Source: Planctomycetota bacterium
GTDB taxonomy: Bacteria; Planctomycetota; UBA1135
DNA: 64,000 bases
Assembly: GCA_049609225.1 (NCBI GenBank)
Contig: JBMYYH010000001.1
Coordinates: forward strand, 6,352-70,351
Direction: 5' to 3'
Part shown: positions 52,240 to 60,804 of the stretch, piece after piece
Layout of the letters: each line of letters opens with the position of its first letter
How positions within the stretch are numbered: position 1 is the first letter of the stretch
Position numbers and translations under genes: made by a program
The notes under the pieces: generated by a model
What the model was told of the DNA's origin: nothing
Database searches by the model: none
What the model saw: the letters and a program-made list of their open reading frames with translations, nothing else

Positions 52240-55200
52240 ATGTCCCCCCCATGGAAGGCAACCCTAGCCTTCCTTTGCTTTGCCACATCCCCTACCTCGT
52301 GGCTCAGCGCTCAGGAAAGCGAACCCCGTGAAACCCTGCTTCAGAGCGACTTGGAAGTCGTTGAAGGAGTGGCGGAGAACTTTGTGCATGTCGACCCTGC
52401 CGCTGCAGGTTGGCGCACGGAGGTCCTGCACGATGGTGCCAAGGCTGGACTGAAACATCTGTTCGCTTGGATCGCAAAGGATAAGGAGCTACCGCAAGAA
52501 CTCTTCGCCGATGGGTTCCTAAGCACGGAGTTTCGCCCGGAAGAATTGGAGACCGTGTTCCAGGATGGCGCCTTGTCTGTACGTCAAGCGCATGCGATCG
52601 CGGAACGGACCTACTCCTCCCAAGAGTTGGGGCAAGCTGCCGCCACGCTGAAGGCACAGTTCGCATCGGGAGAACAACGGGATGCCTTCTTCAAGATCAT
52701 CACGGTGGAGATGCAGAGTTCGCATGTGGTGCAGACGCAGTTCCTCTACCACGCGGCGATTGCAGCAGATCCATTCGTCACGCAGGTGAACCTGGAAGGC
52801 GTAGCGACATGGGAGATCGGCGCGGACGACGAAGCCGTTTCGATGGCTTCGCTTGCGGTGCATCATTACGAAGAACTCGTCACTTCAAGGCCGACCTTTG
52901 AAGACATCACCACTTCCGTCTTCGGCAAGACCAAGCGTTGGAAGCCCGAGATGATGGTGGGCGTGGATCAGCTGATGAACCGCAATGACCGCCTCATCGG
53001 CATGAGCTTCGTAGGCAGCCAAGGCATTGCCGTCGGCGATGTCAATGGTGATGGACTCGACGACCTCTACGTCGCGCAACAGGGTGGCCTGCCGAACCGG
53101 CTATATCTGCATCAAGCCGATGGCACCGTCGTCGAAGCTGCGCGCGATGCCCAGATTGATTTCCTCGACAACACGCGGGGAGTCCTGTTGGTCGACCTCG
53201 ACAATGATGGTGACCAGGATCTGGTCTCGACCGTGCGCGCCAACCTGGTGCTGGCCTACAACAACGGCAAAGGCGTCTTCGCCGAACGCAAGATCCTGCG
53301 CTACAACGACGTCGCCGACATCTACTCGATCACGGCCGCGGACCCCGATGGCGATGGAGACCTGGATCTCTACGCATGTCGCTATGTCACGGGTGGCCTG
53401 GTCGGCGGTGTACCGACTCCCTATCACGATGCCGAGAACGGAGCGACCAACTTCTACTGGCGCAATGAAGGCAATCGAGAGTGGCGCGAAGTCACGAATC
53501 TCGTCGGCTTAGGGCAGAACAACACAAAGTTCAGTCTCGGCGCATGCTGGGAAGACATCGACAACGATGGCGACGTCGACCTGTACGTCGCGAATGACTT
53601 TGGGCGTAACAACCTGTACATCAATGATGGTCATGGGCAGTTCAAGGATGAAGCCGTGGCGCGGGGTGCGGATGACATCGGCGCGGCCATGGGTGCGAGC
53701 ATCGCGGATGTCGATGATGACGGGGACTTGGACATCCTGGTGACCAACATGTTCAGTTCGGCAGGGCGTCGGATCGCCACGCAGAGCGACATGTTCATGG
53801 ATGGTGAAGCGCAGGAACTGCACAAGGACTATGTGCGACACGCCCGCGGCAACACCCTGTTGTTGAACCATGGAGATGGCAACTTCACCGATGCGACCGA
53901 GACTTCGGGAATCGCCATCGGTGGTTGGGCATGGGGTGCGCAATTCGTCGACATCAACAACGATGGCCTCGAAGACATCTACTCCCCCAACGGCTTCCTC
54001 ACCAACACCAACTCCGACGATTTGTGAAGTTTCTTCTGGCGGCGCGTGACGTCGCAATCTCCAGCTTCCGGATCCGACCCCACCGACGCCTATGCCGATG
54101 CATGGGCCAGCATCGCACACCTCGTTGCGGTCGAAGGCATGTCCTGGAGCGGACGCGAACGCAACCGCATGTTCCTCTCCGTCGGCAACAACAAGTTCGT
54201 CGATGCGAGCTCCGTCGCCGACCTCGACTTCCTGGAAGACGCACGCGCGCTCGCCCAGCTCGATTGGGATGGAGATGGTCGCGTGGATCTGCTGTTGCGC
54301 AATCGCAATGCCCCACGCTTGCGCCTCCTGCGAAACCGCGGCCCGGAGCAAGCCCATTGGATGCAGGTGCAGCTGGTCGGCACTGGCAAATCCAATCGCG
54401 ACGCCATCGGTGCCCGCGTCACCCTCAAGACCGCAAAGGGTGAAGAGCAACGCAACCTACGCGCCGGCGAAGGATTCCTGTCGCAGAACTCCAAGACCCT
54501 GTTCTTCGGTTTGGGTGATACCGAGGTCGTCGACAGCGTTGCGGTGCGCTGGCCCGACGGCACCGTGGAAGAGTTCCCACTCGGCACCATCAACAGCCGC
54601 ATTCGCTTGACTCAAGGCAAGGCTGAAGTCGAGAGCATCGATGTCGTCCGCCCGGGTCGCTTGGCCGCGATGCCACAGGAAGCACCGACCTCCCCCGATC
54701 TGGGGCGTGTCACGGTCATCACCAAACTGCCGATGGAGGAGTTCCCGATCCCTTCCTGGGAGAACCCGGAGCGCAAGGTCAAGGATCTCGCCGGCCGCCC
54801 GTTATTGATCAACTTCTGGTCGACGACCTGTGCATCCTGCATTGAGGAGTTCGAACAGATTCGCCTGAAGCGGAAGAACCTCAACCGCCGGGGGCTGCAA
54901 GTGGTCACCCTGCTGACCGATGGCCCCGAGGCTGAAGTGAAAGCGCGCACGATCCTGAAGGCCGTGCAGCTCGATCGCATGGGCGGCCGCGCTACGGAAA
55001 CGCACACCGAGGCGATGCGGTTTCTGATTGAGGAAATCCTGGGCCGCTCCATCGATATGCCCCTGCCCGTGAGCCTGTTGCTGGATGAACGCGGGCAGTT
55101 GGTGCAGATTCATATCGGCGCCCTCAAGATGCAGGGGTTGATCCGCGACCTCGGCATCCTCGACAAGATGGATCCGAAGAACCCCTCCGCCAGCCCCCTA

Positions 55201-55341
55201 GCTTTCGGCCGACGCCTCGCTTTCGCCGACCGCAGCTTCAATCGCCTCGCCGGGCGTTTCCAAGTAGCCGGCATGCATCACTTGGCGCTGTACTTCGCCA
55301 AGTTCCAGGACCGCTTCCAGCAGCCTAAGGCGCAACACTAG
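52240..55341 (+). CDS. CRTAC1/ASPIC-family FG-GAP repeat protein with UnbV_ASPIC and C-terminal TlpA-like thioredoxin domain; in-frame TGA (candidate selenocysteine) at 54025-54027
   Basis: Track ORFs 52240-54027 and 54046-55341 are in the same frame. Signal peptide and FG-GAP/VCBS repeats (GDVNGDGLDDLYV, DLDNDGDQDLV, DIDNDGDVDLYVAN, DVDDDGDLDILVTN, DINNDGLEDIYSPNGF). Then ...NSDDL[TGA]SFFWRRVTSQSP... followed by the UnbV_ASPIC region (DWDGDGRVDLLLRNRNAPRLRLLRN...SNRDAIGARV...GEGFLSQNS) and LINFWSTTCASCIEEF. Confidence 0.7.
54036..54064 (+). promoter_or_regulatory. candidate bacterial SECIS hairpin downstream of the CRTAC1-like TGA
   Basis: CUGG-CGGCG-CGUGA-CGUCG-CAAUCU-CCAG: lower 4-bp stem, upper 5-bp stem (one G-U pair) and 5-nt loop. 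The loop starts 18 nt after the UGA. Confidence 0.35.
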
Positions 55342-55349
55342 TCCTGGGA

Positions 55350-55877
55350 CTAGTCCAGGCGGTCCATCGCCAGCACGCTGTTGACCACGACCGTGAGTCG
55401 GCCGCTTTCGTAGACCAGGATTTCCTCGGTGCCGGCCAGGGTTTGCCGGTCTTCGTCCATCCATAGAACCTTGGTCACGTTTTCATCCACGAACTGGCCG
55501 ACCGGACCGAAGCCGAGGTAGCGCGTATCCAGCTGGAGGCGGCCACCGGCGGTGTAGAACACCTCGTAGAAGGTGATCAAAGCCAGATAATCGATGGTGC
55601 CGGAGCTGCGCGGCGCCGGAAAGCTGTAGTGAACCAAGCGGATCTCATCGGGGCCCTCGCCATAGCTGTCGAATCCCAGGGTCTGGGTGAGCGGCAGGTC
55701 CCCCGGGCTCAGCGGGACGGCCACCCCACGCCACAGCCCATCGAGGTCGGTGTTTTCGAAGACCTGGCTGGTCTCACCGGCTGGGGTTGCATCCACAAGA
55801 GCATCCCCGAGGCCTCCCCCGCAACTTGGGGCAGCCAGGATCATGGGCACGGCTAGAATGAGAGCGGAATAACGCAC
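55350..55877 (-). CDS. hypothetical lipoprotein
   Basis: MRYSALILAVPMILAAPSCGGG lipobox. 175 aa; no family recognised. Confidence 0.6.
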   Translation of the reverse strand: MRYSALILAVPMILAAPSCGGGLGDALVDATPAGETSQVFENTDLDGLWRGVAVPLSPGDLPLTQTLGFDSYGEGPDEIRLVHYSFPAPRSSGTIDYLALITFYEVFYTAGGRLQLDTRYLGFGPVGQFVDENVTKVLWMDEDRQTLAGTEEILVYESGRLTVVVNSVLAMDRLD

Positions 55878-56012
55878 AACCCACTATAGGGCATGGTTTG
55901 CGCTCGGCCGGTGGTTTCGGTGGTCTTCTCTTGACGAAATCCACCCTTCCACCTACTCTATTCGGCCCATTTCGCCCCACGACACCGTGTTCCTGGGCGA
56001 CATCAAGATTCC

Positions 56013-56618
56013 ATGGCTACCTACACCGGTCCCAAAGTCCGCCTCTCCCGCCAGCTCGGCGTGGCGATCTCGGACAACCCGAAGCATCTCAACTCCCGGC
56101 GTCTCGATACGCCCCCGGGAGGCACCTCCAAGCGCATGCGTCGCCTTAGCGACTATGGTGTGCGTCTGCGCGAGAAGCAGAAGCTTCGTTACTACTACAA
56201 CGTGCAGGAGAAGCAGCTCCGCCGTTACGTCCAAGAAGCCGCACGCCGTAAGGGCAACACCGGTGAGAACCTGCTCGAGATCCTCGAGCGTCGCTTGGAC
56301 AACGTTGTGCGTCGCATGAACTTTGGTCGCAGCATCTGGCAGAGCCGCCAGGTCGTGAACCACGGTCACGTGCTCGTCAACGGCCGCAAGGTCGACATCC
56401 CTTCCTACCAGGTGCGTCCAGGCGATGTCATCACCGTGAAGGAGAAGTCGAAGGAAGGCATCGAGCGTAATGTCGAGCTGATGGGTGGCGAGTCCAGCTA
56501 TGAGTGGATGGCCCTTGACCGCGGCAGCCTGACCATTACGATCACTGATAAGCCCAAGGGTGCCCAGCACCCCTTCGATCTGCACATGGGCATGATCGTC
56601 GAGTTCTACTCCAACTAG
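56013..56618 (+). CDS. rpsD: 30S ribosomal protein S4
   Basis: MATYTGPKVRLSRQLGV...LREKQKLRYYYNVQEKQLRRY...LERRLDNVVRRMNF...SRQVVNHGHVLVNGRKVDIPSYQVRPGDVI includes the S4 domain. Confidence 0.95.
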   Translation: MATYTGPKVRLSRQLGVAISDNPKHLNSRRLDTPPGGTSKRMRRLSDYGVRLREKQKLRYYYNVQEKQLRRYVQEAARRKGNTGENLLEILERRLDNVVRRMNFGRSIWQSRQVVNHGHVLVNGRKVDIPSYQVRPGDVITVKEKSKEGIERNVELMGGESSYEWMALDRGSLTITITDKPKGAQHPFDLHMGMIVEFYSN

Positions 56619-56686
56619 AGTTCACCCAAACGGCGGCGGTTGGCGAGAGACTGTCCGTCCGCGGCGCACCGCGCCTCTTTCCCCTG

Positions 56687-56716
56687 AACGCAGCTGCTCC
56701 GGCAGCTGCGTTTTTT
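56687..56716 (+). terminator. rho-independent terminator of rpsD
   Basis: aacgcagctgc-tccg-gcagctgcgtt is a perfect 9-11 bp stem followed by a T-run (tttttt). Confidence 0.8.
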
Positions 56717-56730
56717 ATTGGATTCGCACG

Positions 56731-57783
56731 CTATTGGATGACGAAACTGGCCACGTTGGAGAAGTTGCGATATTGCACCGCCTGCAGCCACATGGTCGCT
56801 CCGGTCATCTGGGGTACATTGGCGACAACACTCTCTCCACCCGTAAGGTCACTCAGAAAGGGACCCGCAAAGACATAGGGAGATTGCAGCTGCATAAGGA
56901 TGCCCAGTGCAGGAATGTAGGTGAATCCCGTTCCCTGGAGGGAAGCCGCAATCCAGGTATCGGCCTCGGCTCTTCCCCGAGTCATCTCAATGGTGACGGT
57001 TTGGCCCCCCACCGGCTGGGCAGGAGAAATTGAGATTTGTGGCTGGGCAGGAAGAATGGCTGTATCGCCGAGGGAATCAAACCGTGCAAGAGGATAGTGA
57101 ACCGGGCCAACCTGACTGACCCGGCTATAGGCATAGGGTTTGGGATTCTGAGAGTTGAAGTCCACCCCGTAGAGTCCGCCCAATGGATGAAAACTGATGC
57201 CACGGAGGCTCTGATAGCTTTCGATATGCCAGACCTGGGTGCCGTCGACAGCGACGCGATAGTAGTGGGAATCCCAGAAACCACCGGCAACATCTTGAGT
57301 GGCATAGAGCTCCCCATCCACCGGATTGAAAGCCAAGCCAGACCACCCGCTATTCCTACCAAGCGTGGTGAGCCAGGTAAGGGAAGCATCGGCTTTGTTG
57401 ATGAGATACCAAGAGCCGCCGTAGATATTGCCGCCATACATTTGCCCCGTGACCGGATGGCACGCAACCATGGAGATGTCGTCGGCAAAGTCTCCGATTT
57501 CCTGGGTTTGCCAGGTCACCGGGTCGATCCGGGTCAGGGTGAAGCGGGTCCAAAAATTACGCACATGCACCGCATAGATTTGGTCCGTCGATGGGTCGTA
57601 AGTGAGACAGGATGGAAAGGCGCTTGCCCCGTAGATATCGAGCAGCGGCTGACTGCGCCCGGCGCTACCAATGGCATGAATCTCTCCGCCAACATTGGCG
57701 AGAATCGGGTCATGCCCTTGACTCAGTTGAGCCCCCCAACAGGGTGAGGTGGCTAAAAATAGGATGGCTAAGAAACGAATCAT
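56731..57783 (-). CDS. secreted beta-propeller-like protein with recurrent C-terminal domain, function unknown
   Basis: Signal peptide MIRFLAILFLATSPCWGA and repeated blade-like segments (DQIYAVH, GQMYGGN, GELYATQ, GGLYGVD). CTD at 56734-57048. Confidence 0.65.
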   Translation of the reverse strand: MIRFLAILFLATSPCWGAQLSQGHDPILANVGGEIHAIGSAGRSQPLLDIYGASAFPSCLTYDPSTDQIYAVHVRNFWTRFTLTRIDPVTWQTQEIGDFADDISMVACHPVTGQMYGGNIYGGSWYLINKADASLTWLTTLGRNSGWSGLAFNPVDGELYATQDVAGGFWDSHYYRVAVDGTQVWHIESYQSLRGISFHPLGGLYGVDFNSQNPKPYAYSRVSQVGPVHYPLARFDSLGDTAILPAQPQISISPAQPVGGQTVTIEMTRGRAEADTWIAASLQGTGFTYIPALGILMQLQSPYVFAGPFLSDLTGGESVVANVPQMTGATMWLQAVQYRNFSNVASFVIQ

Positions 57784-57817
57784 AAACTTAGACCCATCCT
57801 AGCAGAGAAACGTCTTC

Positions 57818-58033
57818 TCAGTCTTGCTCCTCAACCACGCAACCAAGCGCATCGAGGTGGACGGCTTCCGGCGCCGTCTCTTCAGCTCCTGGACCTGACT
57901 CAGAGGCTGTCATGCCTTCCACTACGGCTGCCTCGCTCGGGTCGGAATCCTCCGCATGGGATTCTCCACAGCCGGCGATGCCGAGAGAAACTGCCGCGAG
58001 CCAGACAAAATGCAGGTGCCGCATCATCGCCAA
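57818..58033 (-). CDS. small hypothetical lipoprotein
   Basis: MRHLHFVWLAAVSLGIAGC lipobox and an acidic tail. Overlaps the upstream gene's stop by 10 nt. Confidence 0.45.
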   Translation of the reverse strand: MAMMRHLHFVWLAAVSLGIAGCGESHAEDSDPSEAAVVEGMTASESGPGAEETAPEAVHLDALGCVVEEQD

Positions 58034-58320
58034 CGATCATCGAGCGGATTGTCCGGCGCGGAGCCGTCGTCGCTGTCTGTGGTCTTTTCGGCGGCCTTCT
58101 TGAACAGGTCATCTAATTCCTTCTTGCGCCCTTTCTCGGCGTTCAGGGCCGCACCAAAGGCATCCGCCTGTCGATCCTCGCGTGCGGAAATGCGCGCTTG
58201 GATCTCCCCCAGATCGTTGGCCTTCTCCTCTCCGTGGGCCAGAATCGCACCGGTCTCACGGTCGATCCGAAGTCGGCTCCCGCAGTCGGGGCAGTGGATT
58301 TCCAAGTCTTTCTTGCGCAT
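58024..58320 (-). CDS. zinc-ribbon protein, function unknown
   Basis: MRKKDLEIHCPDCGSRLRIDRETGAILAH... is followed by a charged helical tail. 98 aa. Confidence 0.55.
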   Translation of the reverse strand: MRKKDLEIHCPDCGSRLRIDRETGAILAHGEEKANDLGEIQARISAREDRQADAFGAALNAEKGRKKELDDLFKKAAEKTTDSDDGSAPDNPLDDRWR

Positions 58321-58789
58321 CGATTCCTCCTGAAATGGGGCTTCGCGCCCACTTTACCCCTCTTTTTGGGGGAGCCTGAAGAGAATATCCACAGAATCCT
58401 GAAAATCCTGGAACTCAACTGGCCCTGAGCCCATCCCATGAATGAAGCAAGTAGGTGTTGCCGTCATCGATTCATCCAGGGGGCTGGCGGCAGGATCAAC
58501 TTGCTTCTTTTTTTGCCGCTGAAGGCACGAACCTCCCCTCGGTGGTGAACCCGGACCGCAGCTGAAACATCCCCGCCCCCTGGGCTCCTTTCCCATCTGG
58601 GGTTTGTTTCGCGCGATTTGGTCCGAGTCATTCTGATGCGGCCTAGCAATTTTCTTTGCTAGGCATCCCAGAACTCCTGTATCGTTGAGAAATGCCCCAA
58701 ATGGGCGTTGGAATGCTCCGGGGATTCAAAACCCTGATTGCGTTATTCCCGTTTTGACAAGGTCCTCTCCTTGCCTTGCAAATAGACCT

Positions 58790-59938
58790 ATGGCACTTTC
58801 TCTTCCCTTTTGCACTGCGATTGCCGCGGCATTGACGGCCAGCTCTGCGCTTGGCTCGCCCTTGCAACTCAACTTGGAGATTGAAGAAATCTACACCCCA
58901 AAGGCGGAGGCCGAAATCTCCTCCTTTTCGGGTTGGAGTGTGATTAATCCTCTGGGGGACATCCTCGGCAATGGCAGGCCAACGGTTCTAATTGGCGGAG
59001 AGGACATAGAGAATTGGAGCACGTATGACTTGATCCAGTTCACATCCGGACCGGGAACTAGAGGCCTTGAGTTTCGGATACCTCAATTCGTTACCTATCA
59101 AGCCCTTGGGCTCTGGTGGGAACCATCCCTAACTTTGCTAAAGACTCCCTCTGGGTTTCAGGCGGTCATTAACCGATTCCCATACGCTTTGGAGTTCCTG
59201 GATTTCCCGAATGGCACGTCTAGATCCGTGTTGAATCCGCTGCCCCCCAATCCAGGAGACGCTCCCCAACTTGGGTGGGAGGGCATTTGGAATGCAGGTG
59301 ACCTCAATCAAGATGGCTTTGATGACTTGTTTTTCCAAGCACATTCTTCCGGCCTATTTGATGGGTACACGGGAATGATTGACGGGTCTTCCATGCAGGT
59401 GGTTTGGAGGAATTATTCGCACTGGGACAGCCAAGTTCGGCCTGTCACACCGGACCCAACCTCTGGTTTTTCCGATTTCAATGGAGATGGGGTAAGAGAC
59501 TTTGTCTCCGGTTGGCTTCAAGTACTCCCTCCATTTACACATGGGACCAAACACTTAATCGCACATTCGGGCAGTGATGGATCGATTATCTGGGAAAGCA
59601 ACGTTGGGACTGGATCTCGATTTGGTGTTTCAGGGCGAGACCTTAACACCGACGGAATTCCAGATATTGTTACCGTTGGACTCCCAACAGAAATTTTTGC
59701 TGTGAGTGGCGCCGATGGACTACCCATTTGGTCCTTACATATTTCCTCAGTAGCTCCACTCATCCCCGCAACCGGAACGAACCCGTTCTTCAACATTACC
59801 GTTTTCTTCGAGGACAGCACCAATCCGATTTCCTCCGACACCGTTTCCGTTGTCGTCAGCCTGCAGACCGGTGCCACCCCAGGGGATGAACATTTCGTCG
59901 CCACGTTAAGGGAAACGATGGGTTGCCTCTTTCCGTAA
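58790..59938 (+). CDS. FG-GAP/VCBS repeat secreted protein, N-terminal part (probably disrupted by a frameshift)
   Basis: Signal peptide MALSLPFCTAIAAALTASSALG. Repeats GDLNQDGFDDLFF, SDFNGDGVRDFV and RDLNTDGIPDIVTVG. Ends at TAA 59936-59938, with the continuation open in another frame. Confidence 0.6.
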   Translation: MALSLPFCTAIAAALTASSALGSPLQLNLEIEEIYTPKAEAEISSFSGWSVINPLGDILGNGRPTVLIGGEDIENWSTYDLIQFTSGPGTRGLEFRIPQFVTYQALGLWWEPSLTLLKTPSGFQAVINRFPYALEFLDFPNGTSRSVLNPLPPNPGDAPQLGWEGIWNAGDLNQDGFDDLFFQAHSSGLFDGYTGMIDGSSMQVVWRNYSHWDSQVRPVTPDPTSGFSDFNGDGVRDFVSGWLQVLPPFTHGTKHLIAHSGSDGSIIWESNVGTGSRFGVSGRDLNTDGIPDIVTVGLPTEIFAVSGADGLPIWSLHISSVAPLIPATGTNPFFNITVFFEDSTNPISSDTVSVVVSLQTGATPGDEHFVATLRETMGCLFP

Positions 59939-60498
59939 CGCCATTCCCGCAGTCGCTTTCCCCATGGCTGCCTGACCCTGTTGAGCCGAATAACAATCAG
60001 CCATTTTTGGTTGGGGATTGGGATCGAGACGGTCTTACCGAAATTGCTACCTACTTCGATACACCGAGCTTCGATCCCAACGGCTTCTGGCCAGCTGGCT
60101 CGGCCTTTACGCTTGCCGTGCTGGGAAGACCCACGATTGAGGTGCCGGGGAGTCACTCCATAGGGCAAACTAACCAGATCTCTTTTGAGATCCCTTCGGC
60201 TGCCGGCATGGTCGCTCAACTTGTAATCTCATCTGGGTTTGATTCCTCAGGCGGCGTGACGATTGATCATTGGCCTACGAACCTTAGCAATGATGCTTTT
60301 TTGACTTGGAGCCGCAATCAGCCACTCCTAACTTCTCTCGATGTGGACGGGAAAGGTTCCATCGACTTCACTATCCCCAATAACCCCAGCTTTATCGGAA
60401 CCGAAGTTTTTCTCCGGGGGATCGTTTGGGAACCAGCATTCCCTTTCACTAAGGTCTGGACGATGTCCACCTTAGGCAAGACTATCGTTACCAACTAG
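59923..60498 (+). CDS. FG-GAP repeat protein, C-terminal part carrying the recurrent C-terminal domain
   Basis: This frame is open from 59890 and contains a further repeat (VGDWDRDGLTEIATY) plus the CTD (about 60130-60495). No signal peptide of its own. Confidence 0.5.
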   Translation: MPLSVTPFPQSLSPWLPDPVEPNNNQPFLVGDWDRDGLTEIATYFDTPSFDPNGFWPAGSAFTLAVLGRPTIEVPGSHSIGQTNQISFEIPSAAGMVAQLVISSGFDSSGGVTIDHWPTNLSNDAFLTWSRNQPLLTSLDVDGKGSIDFTIPNNPSFIGTEVFLRGIVWEPAFPFTKVWTMSTLGKTIVTN

Positions 60499-60517
60499 AC
60501 GCAGCGAAATCTGCCCG

Positions 60518-60802
60518 TCAGCAAGCACAAGGCACAGCCTTGCAGTACGGGCATCCATCGCCGTACTTCTTCTTCGCCGCATCTTCGAGATCGATGCCGC
60601 GGATTGAAGCCAAAGTGCTGAGCCAGGCGAGGACATCGGCGAACTCCTCTTCGAGGTTGGCGCGGTCATTGTTCCTGCGAATTGCGCGGGTGAGTTCCCC
60701 CACCTCTTCGGCGAACCACATGTAGGTGGCATCGATGCCACGGGCCTTATCCTTCTCGAAGTAGATCTCTTCGATCCGTTTTTGAAACTCGCGTAGTTGC
60801 AT
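60518..60802 (-). CDS. MazG-like nucleotide pyrophosphohydrolase domain protein
   Basis: FAEEVGELTRAI...EEEFADVLAWL (EExxE/D metal motifs). C-terminal Cys cluster CPYCKAVPCAC. Confidence 0.8.
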   Translation of the reverse strand: MQLREFQKRIEEIYFEKDKARGIDATYMWFAEEVGELTRAIRRNNDRANLEEEFADVLAWLSTLASIRGIDLEDAAKKKYGDGCPYCKAVPCAC

Positions 60803-60804
60803 CT

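Noticed and set aside
55339-55354. Small hairpin ctagtc-ctgg-gactag between the convergent CRTAC1-like and lipoprotein genes, as a terminator.
   Set aside because: It has only a 6-bp stem and no U-tract on either strand, which is too weak to call.
58476-58583. The long-range pairing ccagggggc/gccccctgg suggested an SRP (4.5S) RNA or another known small RNA.
   Set aside because: I could not find the conserved SRP domain IV sequence (GGAA tetraloop flanked by AGG/GCA motifs) or other recognisable RNA-family signatures on either strand. It is kept only as an unexplained structured spacer.
59910-59916. GGGAAAC heptamer at the FG-GAP frameshift site, as a programmed -1 ribosomal frameshift signal.
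   Set aside because: In the zero frame the codons are agg-gaa-acg, so the heptamer is not in the X XXY YYZ phase needed for tandem tRNA slippage. An ordinary indel is more likely.
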